DNA of 64,000 nt from Gammaproteobacteria bacterium (GCA_965221335.1 CBDCSC010000006.1:72199-136198), one strand, 5' to 3'. Counted from the stretch's first letter, positions 35,021-45,311 are shown. Made by a program: numbers and translations. Notes: generated by a model not told the origin, from the letters alone.

Positions 35021-35866
35021 TTAAATTGATTTAGCCAGTAGCGCTTTGCCGGCCCAGTCGCGGGCAAACTGCTCTGCGCTCCTGCCGCTGCGTGTGCCTT
35101 TTTCCAGCGCCCATTGCAGCGCAGCCTGCCTGACCTGGTCCGGATCGCCGAGTGTGACACCGGTTCGGTCCAGCCAGTGAAACGCGATTTGCAGGTACTG
35201 TTCCTGGTTGAACGGCTGGAACGACAACCAGATACCGAAGCGTTCCGATAGGGACAGCTTTTCTTCCACGGCTTCGTGGTGGTGGATCTCGCCTTCGATA
35301 ATGCCTGTTTCCCGGTTCTCCGACCGGTATTCCGGCAGCAGGTGACGGCGGTTGGAGGTCGCGTAGATGAGCATATTTTCCGGCATGTCACTGACGGAAC
35401 CATCCATCAACACCTTCAGGGTCTTGTAACTGGGATCGTTGACGTCAAACGACAGGTCATCACAAAAAATGATGAATTTGCCGGGCAGCCGGCCCAGTTC
35501 GTTACAGATGTCATGCAGGTCGGTCAGGTCGTCCCGCGCCACTTCCAACAGGCGCAGTCCCTGTTCCCGGTAACTGCCGAATACGGCCTTCACCAGGGAA
35601 GACTTGCCGGTGCCCCGCGGTCCCCACAACAGGACATTGTTCGCGGGAAAATCGTTGAGGAACTGTTCGGTGTTCGATTGCAACGCCTGCTTCTGTTTTG
35701 CTATGCAAAGCAGGTCATCCAGCCTGATTTCCCGGGAATGCCCGATGGGTTCCAGCCGCGGCTGCGCGCCGTGGCCGCGCCAGCGCATCAGCGCCGCGGC
35801 CTGTTCCGAACCCGTGGAGGAGGTGTTGAATTTGAACCGGTTGAAAAAGGATGAAAAGCGTGACAC
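35021..35866 (-). CDS. DUF815-family AAA+ ATPase
   Basis: NNVLLWGPRGTGKSS, FCDDLSF, YATSNRRHLLPE, EEKLSLSERFG, RSGRSA. Confidence 0.88.
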   Translation of the reverse strand: MSRFSSFFNRFKFNTSSTGSEQAAALMRWRGHGAQPRLEPIGHSREIRLDDLLCIAKQKQALQSNTEQFLNDFPANNVLLWGPRGTGKSSLVKAVFGSYREQGLRLLEVARDDLTDLHDICNELGRLPGKFIIFCDDLSFDVNDPSYKTLKVLMDGSVSDMPENMLIYATSNRRHLLPEYRSENRETGIIEGEIHHHEAVEEKLSLSERFGIWLSFQPFNQEQYLQIAFHWLDRTGVTLGDPDQVRQAALQWALEKGTRSGRSAEQFARDWAGKALLAKSI

Positions 35867-35976
35867 CGGTTTGCCCCTGTTGTTATTGCCTGAATATATT
35901 TATTGTTACCGACCCTGCCATTATACGCCTATCAGCTTTATAATGTGCGTTTGACTTGAATACATTAAGGTGAAGT

Positions 35977-37230
35977 ATGTTTGATAAAGACATGAAAATT
36001 GCAGGCTACGATGACGTACTGTTCCAGGCCATGCAGGGGGAGAGGACCCGGCAGGAAGAACACATTGAGTTGATCGCATCGGAAAATAATGTCAGTCCCC
36101 GGGTGCTGGAGGCGCAGGGGTCGGTATTGACCAATAAATATGCCGAGGGCTATCCTGGTAAACGCTACTACGGTGGCTGTGAATTTGTCGATGTGGTTGA
36201 GCAACTCGCGATCGATCGCGCCAGGGAATTGTTCGGCGCCGATTATGCCAACGTACAGCCCCATTCCGGTTCTCAGGCAAACGGCGCGGTGTACCTGGCG
36301 CTATGCCAACCGGGTGACACGATCATGGGCATGAGCCTGGCCCATGGCGGACACCTGACCCATGGGGCATCCGTGAATGTTTCCGGCAGGGTGTATAAAG
36401 CCGTGCAATATGGCCTGGATGCGGATACCGGCGAAATCGATTACGCTGCCGCGGAACGGCTTGCACTGGAACACAGGCCGAAGTTGATCATGACCGGTTT
36501 TTCTGCGTACTCGCGCAGGCTGGATTGGCAACGGTTCAGGGAGATTGCGGACCAGGTAGACGCTTACCTGGTCGCCGACATCGCCCATGTCGCTGGGCTG
36601 ATCGCAACGGGACTGTACCCCAGCCCGGTCAATATCGCCGATGTGACGACGACTACGACCCATAAGACCTTGCGCGGTCCCCGCTCCGGCCTGATCCTGG
36701 CCAGGGCCAACCCGGAGCTGGAAAAGAAACTGAATTTCACCGTCTTTCCGTGTTACCAGGGCGGGCCGTTGATGCATGTGATTGCGGCAAAGGCCGTTGC
36801 CTTCAAGGAGGCGATGGAACCGGCGTTCAAGCACTACCAGCAACAGGTTATCGAAAATGCGCGGGCGATGGCGGGAGTCTTCATGCAGCGCGGTGTCGAT
36901 ATCGTCTCCGGCGGGACCGACAACCACCTGTTCCTGGTCAGCCTGATCAGCAAAGGGATTACCGGCAAGGATTTGGATGCCGCGCTGGACCGGGCCAATA
37001 TCACCGTGAACAAGAACGCGGTGCCGAATGATCCGCAGTCGCCTTTTGTCACCAGCGGCATCCGCATCGGCACCCCGTCGATCACCACCCGCGGTTTCGG
37101 CAAGACCGAGTCGGTGCAGGTTGCCTCGTGGATTTGCGACATCATCGACAACATGGGCGATGAAACGCTGATTGAAAAGATAAAAGGAGAAGTGAAGACC
37201 CTGTGCAAGCGTTTTCCGATGTATGAATGA
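35977..37230 (+). CDS. glyA: Serine hydroxymethyltransferase
   Basis: [34 protein letters not shown]. Confidence 0.97.
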   Translation: MFDKDMKIAGYDDVLFQAMQGERTRQEEHIELIASENNVSPRVLEAQGSVLTNKYAEGYPGKRYYGGCEFVDVVEQLAIDRARELFGADYANVQPHSGSQANGAVYLALCQPGDTIMGMSLAHGGHLTHGASVNVSGRVYKAVQYGLDADTGEIDYAAAERLALEHRPKLIMTGFSAYSRRLDWQRFREIADQVDAYLVADIAHVAGLIATGLYPSPVNIADVTTTTTHKTLRGPRSGLILARANPELEKKLNFTVFPCYQGGPLMHVIAAKAVAFKEAMEPAFKHYQQQVIENARAMAGVFMQRGVDIVSGGTDNHLFLVSLISKGITGKDLDAALDRANITVNKNAVPNDPQSPFVTSGIRIGTPSITTRGFGKTESVQVASWICDIIDNMGDETLIEKIKGEVKTLCKRFPMYE

Positions 37231-37236
37231 TATTTT

Positions 37237-37297
37237 CCACAGAGCGCACAGGGATTTTGAGGGCAGGTAACGGGATACCCGGAGTGTCCTCTGTGGC
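37237..37297. repeat. Family C element (CCACAGAG...CTCTGTGGC), short copy
   Basis: Inverted ends shared with 46034-46175 and 50489-50620. Confidence 0.6.
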
Positions 37298-37360
37298 TAA
37301 CCCGAAAATCTCACCAATTCGCTTGTTATCATCGCATCAATTGGTGAGATTTCCGGGCTA
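37298..37360. mobile_element. MITE family M2, 63-bp internally deleted copy
   Basis: TAACCCGAAAATCTCACCAATT...AATTGGTGAGATTTCCGGGCTA. Shares termini and adjacent internal sequence (CGCTTGT / ATCATCGCATC) with 59017-59260. Confidence 0.8.
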
Positions 37361-37398
37361 AAGTAAACAAACCGCTTTTTTAACGTATAATCAGCGCT

Positions 37399-37905
37399 AT
37401 GCGTTGCCCGTTCTGTTCATTCGAGGATACCAGGGTCATCGACTCCAGGCTTGCCGACGAAGGAGACCAGGTCAGGCGCCGGCGGGAATGTATGGAGTGC
37501 CGGGAACGCTTTACCACGTATGAGGCGGCAGAGTTCAATTATCCCCGGGTTATCAAGTCCGACGGCAGGCGGGAAACATTCCGCGAGGATAAACTGCGTT
37601 CCGGTATTTTGCGATCTTTGGAGAAACGGCCGGTTGCGATGGAGAAGGTGGAAATTGCCATTGCCCGTATCAAGCACAGGTTGCGGTCGCTGGGCGACAG
37701 GGAAGTCAATTCGAGGAAAGTGGGAGACTGGGTGATGGATGAATTGAAAGCCATGGACCAGGTAGGTTACCTTCGGTTTGCTTCCGTCTACCAGAGCTTT
37801 GCCGACGTCAGGGCGTTCCTGGATGAAATAGAAAAGCTGCAGGATGAGATGCCGCCGGAGCTGAAAGAAGCCCAACTGGACCTGCTCAACGGGCGCAAGA
37901 GCTGA
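37399..37905 (+). CDS. nrdR: Transcriptional repressor NrdR
   Basis: MRCPFC...VIDSR...RRRREC..C..RFTTYE, ATP-cone, YLRFASVY. Confidence 0.97.
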   Translation: MRCPFCSFEDTRVIDSRLADEGDQVRRRRECMECRERFTTYEAAEFNYPRVIKSDGRRETFREDKLRSGILRSLEKRPVAMEKVEIAIARIKHRLRSLGDREVNSRKVGDWVMDELKAMDQVGYLRFASVYQSFADVRAFLDEIEKLQDEMPPELKEAQLDLLNGRKS

Positions 37906-37906
37906 A

Positions 37907-39004
37907 GTGAACTGGAGTGCAGCAGACACCGCGCTTATGACGCGCGCGCTGGAACTGGCGGAAAAAGGCCGTTTCACCACCCACCCGAATCCCAGGGTCG
38001 GCTGTGTGATCACGCGGGGTGAGCAGGTTCTGGGCGACGGCTGGCATCACAAGGCCGGTGAACCCCATGCGGAGATCAATGCGATGAATGAGGCAGCCTG
38101 CAACCTGCACGGCGCGACCGCATACGTGACGTTGGAACCCTGCTCTCACCACGGGCGCACCCCACCCTGTACCGAGGCGCTGATCGGCGCAGGCATCAGC
38201 CGGGTCGTGATAGCTTCGCAGGATCGGAATCCGCAAGTCGCGGGCGCCGGGATAAAAGCATTGGCGGGCGCCGGCATCCGGGTTGAAACCGGTTTGCTGG
38301 AACGGCCGGCTACGGAACTCAACAAGGGGTTCTTTTGTCGGATGACGCACGCCCGGCCTTATGTGCGCGCCAAATCCGCGATCAGCCTGGACGGCAAGAC
38401 CGCGCTGGCCGGCGGCGCGAGCCGGTGGATTACCGGGGACGCTTCCCGGCGCGATGTGCAGGAGTTGCGTGCCGCCAGTTCGGCGGTAATGACCGGTATC
38501 AATACCGTGCTGGCCGATGATCCGCGCCTGGATGTGCGCGCGGTGAACACCGGGGGCAGACAACCGCTGAGGATAGTACTGGACAGGGACCTGAGATTTC
38601 CGCCCGGTGCGCAAATGCTCAGCCGCGATGGCATAACCGTCCTGTTCACCCGGAACGGGGACGATCAGGTTCATCAGAGATTGGAACGCGCCGGAGCAAG
38701 GGTCCGGTTCATTGATGGCGATGAGAGCGATTTCCTGCACAAGGTGTTGCGGGAACTGGCGCTGGACCTGGAAGTAAATGACTTGCTGCTGGAGGCGGGG
38801 GCGACATTGACCGGCAACATGCTGCACCACAACCTGATCGATGAACTGGTGGTCTACCAGGCGCCGACCATACTGGGCGATGCTGCCGCAGGCATGATGA
38901 AATTGCCCGTCATGCATGCGATGGATGAACGCCATGAACTGGAACTGGTGGATTATCACCGCTTGGGCGAGGACTGGAAGTTTGTTTATCATGTTCGCAG
39001 ATAA
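37907..39004 (+). CDS. ribD: Riboflavin biosynthesis deaminase/reductase RibD
   Basis: PNPRVGCV, HAE, TLEPCSHHGRTPPC, SLDGK. Confidence 0.95.
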   Translation: MNWSAADTALMTRALELAEKGRFTTHPNPRVGCVITRGEQVLGDGWHHKAGEPHAEINAMNEAACNLHGATAYVTLEPCSHHGRTPPCTEALIGAGISRVVIASQDRNPQVAGAGIKALAGAGIRVETGLLERPATELNKGFFCRMTHARPYVRAKSAISLDGKTALAGGASRWITGDASRRDVQELRAASSAVMTGINTVLADDPRLDVRAVNTGGRQPLRIVLDRDLRFPPGAQMLSRDGITVLFTRNGDDQVHQRLERAGARVRFIDGDESDFLHKVLRELALDLEVNDLLLEAGATLTGNMLHHNLIDELVVYQAPTILGDAAAGMMKLPVMHAMDERHELELVDYHRLGEDWKFVYHVRR

Positions 39005-39019
39005 TGCCGGATAACGCGG

Positions 39020-39487
39020 ATGGTGGCCGCGGCAGACAATTCCCCCGGTTCGCGGGTGCGCGCGCGGCGCTCTGCCGTGCAGGCCCTGTACCAGTGGTTC
39101 CTGACCGGGGAGCCTATGAGCCTGATTATTTCAGAGTTTGAACAGGACAGAAAGGAACTGAAGAAGGCCGACAGGGACTATTTCCGCGAGCTGCTGGCCG
39201 GCATCTCCGCCAATTCGGAAGAGATACTGGACGCGTTGGTCCCAGTCCTGGATCGTTCCCCGCATGAACTGGACCCGGTCACCCGGGCGGTACTGCACCT
39301 GGGCATCTATGAACTCATCCACCAGCCGCTATTGCCGTTACGCGTGGTGCTGAACGAGGCGGTCGAACTGGCGCGCATGTTCGGGGCCGAAGATTCCTAC
39401 AAATACATCAATGGTGTGCTCGATCAAGCTGCGCAACGCCTGCGCCCCGAGGCGGCTGCGGATAGCCCTGCCCAACCCCGCACGTAG
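39020..39487 (+). CDS. nusB: Transcription antitermination factor NusB
   Basis: RARRSAVQALYQ, VVLNEAVELARMFG, YINGVLD. Confidence 0.95.
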   Translation: MVAAADNSPGSRVRARRSAVQALYQWFLTGEPMSLIISEFEQDRKELKKADRDYFRELLAGISANSEEILDALVPVLDRSPHELDPVTRAVLHLGIYELIHQPLLPLRVVLNEAVELARMFGAEDSYKYINGVLDQAAQRLRPEAAADSPAQPRT

Positions 39488-39494
39488 GGAGCAA

Positions 39495-40442
39495 ATGTCC
39501 TTAACCGAATTTGGCGCGATCGTAAACTATTTTGCGGGGCTGACACCCGACGGGGGCGGGGTCGTACTCGGCGTCGGGGATGATGCGGCGCTACTCGCTC
39601 CGGACCCGGATACACACCTGGCAATTTCGACGGACAGCCTGGTTGCCGGTGTCCATTTTTTCCCTGACGCCGACCCGGCCGATATCGGTTACAAGACCCT
39701 GGCCGTGAATCTCAGCGACATGGCAGCAATGGCAGCCGTGCCGCGCTGGTTCACCCTGGCGCTGACCCTGTCGAAAACGCAGATGACCGATGCCTGGATG
39801 GGCGGATTTGCCCGCGGCCTGGAGCAGGTAGCCGGCGAATTCGGTGTTGCATTGGTAGGCGGCGACCTTTGTCAAGGTCCGCTGGCGGTGACCATCCAGG
39901 TCATCGGAGAATGCCCCAGGGGCAGGGAAATCCGGCGCCGCGGCGCCGCAGCCGGCGATTATATCTGTGTCAGCGGCGAGTTGGGCGCCGCAGCCCTGGC
40001 GCTGGAGATGCTCAAATCCGGACGAACTCCCCACCCGGATTGTCTTGCCCGCCTGTTGCGGCCGGTTCCACGGGTCGAGTTGGGAGTCTCATTGCGCGGC
40101 ATCGCAAGTGCGATGATCGACATCTCGGACGGTTTGCTCGCGGACCTGCGCCACCTGCTTGAAGCAGCCCAAACCGGCGCTGTTATCAACATCGACAGCA
40201 TCCCGGTTACCAGCCGCCTGGATACCGCGTGCGCACCTCGGGAGAAGTGGCGCCATGTACTCAGCGGTGGGGATGACTATGAATTATGTTTTACCGTTCC
40301 GCCGGACAAACTGCAGCAACTTCAGAACATCGGCCATACGGTTTATCGCATCGGTGAAATCACCGCGGATAAACGGTTGCGCTGCATCCGCAGCGATGCG
40401 AGCGAATACGTTCCCGACGGCGCCGGCTATGCGCATTTCTAA
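39495..40442 (+). CDS. thiL: Thiamine-monophosphate kinase
   Basis: GVGDDAA, AVNLSDMAAM, GGD, IDISDGL, GGDDYEL. Start trimmed to ATG 39495. Confidence 0.95.
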   Translation: MSLTEFGAIVNYFAGLTPDGGGVVLGVGDDAALLAPDPDTHLAISTDSLVAGVHFFPDADPADIGYKTLAVNLSDMAAMAAVPRWFTLALTLSKTQMTDAWMGGFARGLEQVAGEFGVALVGGDLCQGPLAVTIQVIGECPRGREIRRRGAAAGDYICVSGELGAAALALEMLKSGRTPHPDCLARLLRPVPRVELGVSLRGIASAMIDISDGLLADLRHLLEAAQTGAVINIDSIPVTSRLDTACAPREKWRHVLSGGDDYELCFTVPPDKLQQLQNIGHTVYRIGEITADKRLRCIRSDASEYVPDGAGYAHF

Positions 40443-40473
40443 CCCGATCTGTTCCTGGGATCGCGCGCGGTGT

Positions 40474-41112
40474 TCAGCCGGCTTTGTTTTCCAGGGCGGC
40501 CGCTTCCCTGGCGCGGGCCTGTTGCAGTGCATCCCGGGCCAATATCAGTTCGGCATAGTCGTTGATGTTTTGTTGCTCCACGGGTTGTTTTGCGACCCGT
40601 GCCCAGAGCAGGGTCTGTCCTATCAGTATATCCGCGGCGCTGAAGGCATCTCCCAGGATATACCTGTTTCCGTCCAGTCCCCGGCTGAGTATGCTCAATG
40701 CCTTTTGGAATTCCCATTGGGCGGTTTCAATCACCGCCGGCACACGTTTGTCTGAAGGCAGTATGAATGTATGTTTTCCCTTGGTCCATAGCGGTTGCTC
40801 CAGCTCCGTGAGCACGAAATAGCACCACTGGTCGTACTGTGCGCGCGCGGCCGTCCCCGCAGGCGGAACCAGTTTTTTATCCGGGAATCTGTCGCCGAGG
40901 TAGGTGACGATAGCCGCCGACTCGGTGAGCGTCATGTCTCCGTCACGCAGCGCCGGCACTTTCCCGGCCGGGTTGATGTTAAGATAGTCCTCGGAGGCAA
41001 AGCGGTTGGCGCCGAATGGCACCAACTTGAATTCGTAATCCGCGCCCAGTTCCTCCAGCATCCAGGTGACTCTCAGGCCGCGCGTGTTCGGGTAGTTGAA
41101 GAGTTGTAGCAT
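40474..41112 (-). CDS. Glutathione S-transferase family protein
   Basis: RVTWMLEELG, INPAGKVPAL, ESAAI, FSAADI. Confidence 0.9.
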   Translation of the reverse strand: MLQLFNYPNTRGLRVTWMLEELGADYEFKLVPFGANRFASEDYLNINPAGKVPALRDGDMTLTESAAIVTYLGDRFPDKKLVPPAGTAARAQYDQWCYFVLTELEQPLWTKGKHTFILPSDKRVPAVIETAQWEFQKALSILSRGLDGNRYILGDAFSAADILIGQTLLWARVAKQPVEQQNINDYAELILARDALQQARAREAAALENKAG

Positions 41113-41124
41113 TATTTTACCTTA

Positions 41125-41276
41125 GGAACCTCTGATTAAGTCAGAGGTTCCTACGATACAGGGATGTATCGTCAAAATCAATGACTGTAAGGCATTGATT
41201 TTGTGAGGAAAACAAAAATCGCATTTTTGTTTTCCGTACTCTGACAAGTCCAGGATGGACTTGTTCAGAGTTTCCC
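41125..41276. mobile_element. Multi-hairpin MITE family M1, copy 3
   Basis: Full-length reverse complement of 14901-15051, flanked by TTA on both sides. Confidence 0.8.
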
Positions 41277-41316
41277 TTATTCAGGAAACTTCGTGTTTAG
41301 GATACAATCCGGCGCG

Positions 41317-42051
41317 ATGAATGGCAACTGGCAGTCGGCGCCTGATAATCTCGAACTTTCCCGGCGCCATGTCGATGTCTGGCTGACATCAACCAACGCG
41401 GGGGAGGCGCAGGTTCGGGCTTATACAAAACACCTCTCCCGGGAGGAACGGGCGCGCGCGCAAAAGTTCGGGTCGAAAACCGCACGCACGGAATACATCA
41501 TCACCAGGGGATTGTTCAGGCGAGTGTTGTCGGACACGGCCGGACTGGACCTGGCCGGCACTGATTTCCTCTATGCCGAACATGGCAAGCCGTACCTGGA
41601 CGGGCGTATCACCGGTCGGGACATCGCCTTCAACGTGTCCCATTCCCACGGCCTGGCGCTGGTGGCGCTTGCCTTGGGGGGCAGACTGGGCGTTGACCTG
41701 GAGAAAGTCAGGCCGGAAGTCGCGTGGCGGGACCTGGCGAAGCGTTATTTTTCCGTGGCTGAATGCCGGGCGTTGCAACGGTATCCGGAGGAAGACGGGC
41801 GTAACGCCTTTTTTGCCTGTTGGACCCGCAAGGAGGCTTTCGTGAAGGCATTGGGGGCTGGTGTTTCCTATGGTCTCGGGGGATTTGACGTCAGCGTCGA
41901 CCCTATGGAGGATTATGCGGCCCTGACCCTGCGCAGTCCGGATGAGAATGCCGGCGGCTGGCTGATACGGAGCCTGCCTGTGCCGGCCGGTTATGCCGCT
42001 GCGCTGGCGCTAGACCGGCCCGCGTGCAGCTTCAGGCTATGGCGTGTTTGA
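41317..42051 (+). CDS. Sfp/HetI-type 4'-phosphopantetheinyl transferase
   Basis: HGKP, FNVSHS, GVDLE, WTRKEAFVKALG. Start is 41293 (GTG) or 41317 (ATG). Confidence 0.9.
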   Translation: MNGNWQSAPDNLELSRRHVDVWLTSTNAGEAQVRAYTKHLSREERARAQKFGSKTARTEYIITRGLFRRVLSDTAGLDLAGTDFLYAEHGKPYLDGRITGRDIAFNVSHSHGLALVALALGGRLGVDLEKVRPEVAWRDLAKRYFSVAECRALQRYPEEDGRNAFFACWTRKEAFVKALGAGVSYGLGGFDVSVDPMEDYAALTLRSPDENAGGWLIRSLPVPAGYAAALALDRPACSFRLWRV

Positions 42052-42065
42052 AGGACGCAGTTCGG

Positions 42066-43496
42066 TCATAAACCGTAGACCCAGCTTACCAGCGCATCCA
42101 TCAGTTCCTTGCCATGTCCCTTGTGAGCGAGTTTGCGGTTCATCATCCCGACTACGATATATTTGCGTCCGGACCTTGCATGCACGTATCCCGCGGCGGC
42201 GGAGACATCATCAATGGTGCCGGTCTTGATATGCGAGTATCCGGATGCCGCCTTGTGTTTGAGCCGGTTTTTTGCGGTACCATCCACGCCGGTGATGGCC
42301 AGTGAGGAAATGAATTCGGGGCGATAAGCGATGGTCCAGGCATGTTCCAGGATGTCTGCCAGCAGTTTTGCCGAGGCGCGCACCTCTCTTGACAGCCCGG
42401 CGCCGTTGTCTATGTTCAGGGTCTGTGTGTTCAGGCCCAGTTCGGTCAGATAGCCGTCAATCACCCGGATGCCTTTCCCGACCGTACCGGGCGGTTCCTC
42501 CAGCTCAGCGCCCAGGGTGAGCAGCAATTGCCGCGTCATGACATTATTGCTGAACTTGTTGATCAGCCTGATGATGTCCGACAGCGGCCTGGAGTGATGC
42601 ACGAGGAACGGCTTGCCTTCCGACGGCGCTGCGGCAAGTCTGACCTGCCCGGCGATGGCGCCGCCCAGTTGCCGCCAGAGGTTTTTGAACGCGCCGTAGG
42701 CGTAGGTCTGGTGGGTCAGCAGCGAACGGGAGAGGATATAATGGTTGCAAGCAGCCGGGAAGCGCCCGGAAAAGATGACCCGATCAGCGACTTTGCCGTT
42801 CAGGACATCCACTGCGATGCCGCGTTGGAAACCGCCGCAACGGCGGTTTCGCAAGCGCAACCGGTTGTCGATTTTGAGTCCGTCCAGTTCAGGTTCAGGA
42901 TAAATCCGCACGTCCCTGCCATTTGCCGCGGGATAAAAATGGAACCGGACCGCCTTGAAGTTCACCAGCAACGCGTTCGGCAGTACGTTATAGGTACGAT
43001 AGGGGTCATTATCGAAAGCGCCCGGGTCTTGTTCTGCAACATTGAACCAGGAATCATCGAGTAGCAGGTCGCCGGTGATATCCCTGATACCCCGGCGCCG
43101 GAGTTCCTCCAACAGCTTGCGGAATTCTTCGATCACGAGGTACGGGTCGCCGTAGCCCTTGAACAGCAGGTCGCCCTGCAATACCCCGTCGCTGATGTCT
43201 CCCAGGGTGTAAACCTCGGTCTTCCAACGGTAGGCCGGGCCCAGCAACTCCAGCGCGGCCAGTGTGGGTATGATCTTGATCACGGACGCAGGGTTCAGCG
43301 GCGTTTCCGGGTTTCGCGCCAGCACCGGTTCCCGTTTGCCGACTTCCCTGACGTAAAGGCTGTACGCATCGGACGGTATGCTGTGCCCGTTGACGACGAA
43401 TTTCACCGGCGGCGGCAACTCTGCCGCGATCCCCACCGGATGGCAGAAGGCCGCGGCAAGAATGAAAATAGCCTTTAATACAACTGATAATCTCAA
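42066..43496 (-). CDS. dacB: D-alanyl-D-alanine carboxypeptidase/endopeptidase PBP4
   Basis: PASVIK (SxxK), GYGDP, SNN (SxN), KTG. Confidence 0.92.
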   Translation of the reverse strand: MRLSVVLKAIFILAAAFCHPVGIAAELPPPVKFVVNGHSIPSDAYSLYVREVGKREPVLARNPETPLNPASVIKIIPTLAALELLGPAYRWKTEVYTLGDISDGVLQGDLLFKGYGDPYLVIEEFRKLLEELRRRGIRDITGDLLLDDSWFNVAEQDPGAFDNDPYRTYNVLPNALLVNFKAVRFHFYPAANGRDVRIYPEPELDGLKIDNRLRLRNRRCGGFQRGIAVDVLNGKVADRVIFSGRFPAACNHYILSRSLLTHQTYAYGAFKNLWRQLGGAIAGQVRLAAAPSEGKPFLVHHSRPLSDIIRLINKFSNNVMTRQLLLTLGAELEEPPGTVGKGIRVIDGYLTELGLNTQTLNIDNGAGLSREVRASAKLLADILEHAWTIAYRPEFISSLAITGVDGTAKNRLKHKAASGYSHIKTGTIDDVSAAAGYVHARSGRKYIVVGMMNRKLAHKGHGKELMDALVSWVYGL

Positions 43497-43530
43497 GACG
43501 ATCTCCTGCGTATTTCTATATCAGTGATTG

Positions 43531-43838
43531 TGTCGCCCTGCGGGCGACGTTTTGTTTCACTGGATTCCCGCTTGCGCAGGAATGGGATGGGGGCGCTTCC
43601 GTGAGGCCCGCCACCGTACTACTCCCGCGAACCCTGCCACCGTACCACTCCCATGAGGCCTACTCCCGTGAGGCCCGTCACCGTACCACTCCCGCGAACC
43701 CTGCCACCGTACCACTCCCGCGAAAGCGGGAGTCCAGTCTGATACTCTGTCGCCCGACGGGCGACCCTTTGTTCTACTGGATTCCCGCTTGCGCAGGAAC
43801 GGGATGGGGCGCTCACGTGAACGCCGCCATACTACCAC
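43531..43838. repeat. REP/REPIN family B cluster with amplified CCACCGTACCACTCCC half-units
   Basis: Two CTGGATTCCCGCTTGCGCAGGAA ends, two GTCGCCC-GGGCGAC hairpins and about five tandem half-units. Confidence 0.85.
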
Positions 43839-43905
43839 TCGCTCCTCCGTTTACCACCATACGGGGCATATTTTTTCTGCGGAATAGTTTCTGGGGGATT
43901 ATTAC

Positions 43906-43982
43906 TGGTCGGGGTGAGAGGATTTGAACCTCCGGCCCCTGCCTCCCGAAGGCAGTGCTCTACCAGGCTGAGCTACACCCCG
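43906..43982 (-). tRNA. tRNA-Pro(CGG)
   Basis: Reverse complement CGGGGTGTAGCTCAGCCTGGTAGAGCACTGCCTTCGGGAGGCAGGGGCCGGAGGTTCAAATCCTCTCACCCCGACCA: 77 nt, anticodon CGG, encoded CCA. Confidence 0.97.
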
Positions 43983-44118
43983 ATACTGAAATACGGGTCA
44001 ACCAAGAGATTGCTTACACCCGTTTGGTGATGAAAGGCATGGACTCTACCTTACTATATGCGTTGAGTCCATTTGAACTTGCCGGCAAGCGCACATCGGG
44101 TAGTCTTGGCGCCGGCCT

Positions 44119-44305
44119 GGGGACGCCCGCGCTCCCGGGGGAGGATGTGCTCCCGGGGGACGGGGACTCGCGCGCACTTCGGAGAACTGTGGCGCCGGCC
44201 TGGGTCGCAGGTATCCCGCATGCCAGCGGGCGGGACTTCCGCGCTCCCAGGGGGCAGCGGCCCTCCCGGGAGTGGGCGCGTTTCCTGTGGACGTGGGTGC
44301 TCGCT
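44119..44305. repeat. REP family A degenerate cluster
   Basis: GGGACGCCCGCGCTCCC, GGGTCGCAGGTATCCCGC...GCGGGCGGGACTTCCGCGCTCCC and similar units. Confidence 0.6.
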
Positions 44306-44318
44306 TGCAATGTGTTGG

Positions 44319-45311
44319 TTAAAAATTACGCTTGGTAACGAAGCGGGTCAGGTTGAACAGCGCGTCGAGGTAGTCCGATTGGGGCAGGTGTTCAAGGGCG
44401 TTTAGCGCGAGTTCGGCTTCCTGGCGGGCGCGCTCCCGGGTATATTGAATCGCCTGTGTCTCTGCGATCGTGGTGCGGATTTGCTCCAGGTGTTCCAGGC
44501 TGCCGTGCGTGATGGCTTGCCTGATAAGATTTACCTGTTCCGTAGAACAATGCCAGAGCGCGTACAGCAGCGGCAGGGTGGGTTTACCCTCGGCAAGGTC
44601 GTCGCCTATGTTCTTGCCCAGGATGTCGCTGGGAGCGCTGTAATCCAGCGCATCGTCGATAAGCTGGTAGGCCACGCCCAGGTGCCTGCCGAACTCAGTC
44701 ATCGTCTGTTCGGTCTGCCGGTCCTGTCCGGCGACCACCGCGCCCACCCGGGCCGCGGCTTCGAACAGTTTTGCTGTTTTGTTATGGATAACCTGCAGGT
44801 AGCGCTGCTCCGTGGTTTCCGGGTCATGCCGGTTGATAAGTTGCAGCACTTCGCCCTCGGCAATGATATTGGTCGCGTCCGCCATGATTTCCATCACGTG
44901 CATATCTTCTGCTTCCACCATCATCTGGAACGCGCGGGAATAGAGAAAATCGCCTACCAGCACGCTTGCCTCATTGCCCCAGCGCTGGTTGGCAGTGGCC
45001 TTGCCCCGGCGCAGCATGGAGGCATCGACCACATCGTCGTGCAGCAGCGTGGCCGTGTGAATGAATTCGATTACCGCGGCGAGTTTGATGTGCAGGGTTC
45101 CGCGGTAGCCAAAACAGTTGGCGCTGAGCAGCACCAGCGCCGGCCGCAATCTTTTGCCGCCGCTGTTGACGATGTAGTGGCCCAGTTGGTCGATAAGCCC
45201 GATATCGGAATGCAGCTTTTTCTGTATCAGTGAGTCCACCGCCTGCATATCATTCCTGATCAGCGCCTGTATCGGTTCCAGACCTGTTTCTGCTATGGGC
45301 ACTGCACTCAT
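44319..45311 (-). CDS. ispB: Octaprenyl diphosphate synthase
   Basis: GGKRLRP, LLHDDVVD, QLIDD, GDDLAEGKPTLP. Confidence 0.95.
   Translation of the reverse strand: MSAVPIAETGLEPIQALIRNDMQAVDSLIQKKLHSDIGLIDQLGHYIVNSGGKRLRPALVLLSANCFGYRGTLHIKLAAVIEFIHTATLLHDDVVDASMLRRGKATANQRWGNEASVLVGDFLYSRAFQMMVEAEDMHVMEIMADATNIIAEGEVLQLINRHDPETTEQRYLQVIHNKTAKLFEAAARVGAVVAGQDRQTEQTMTEFGRHLGVAYQLIDDALDYSAPSDILGKNIGDDLAEGKPTLPLLYALWHCSTEQVNLIRQAITHGSLEHLEQIRTTIAETQAIQYTRERARQEAELALNALEHLPQSDYLDALFNLTRFVTKRNF

Noticed and set aside
43531-43838. Possible CRISPR array or integrated element at the tRNA-Pro 3' end
   Set aside because: It is a family B REP cluster; there is no integrase and no duplicated tRNA 3' end visible in the window.
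43955-44338. 127-aa ORF
   Set aside because: It overlaps the tRNA and REP cluster and has no recognisable motifs.
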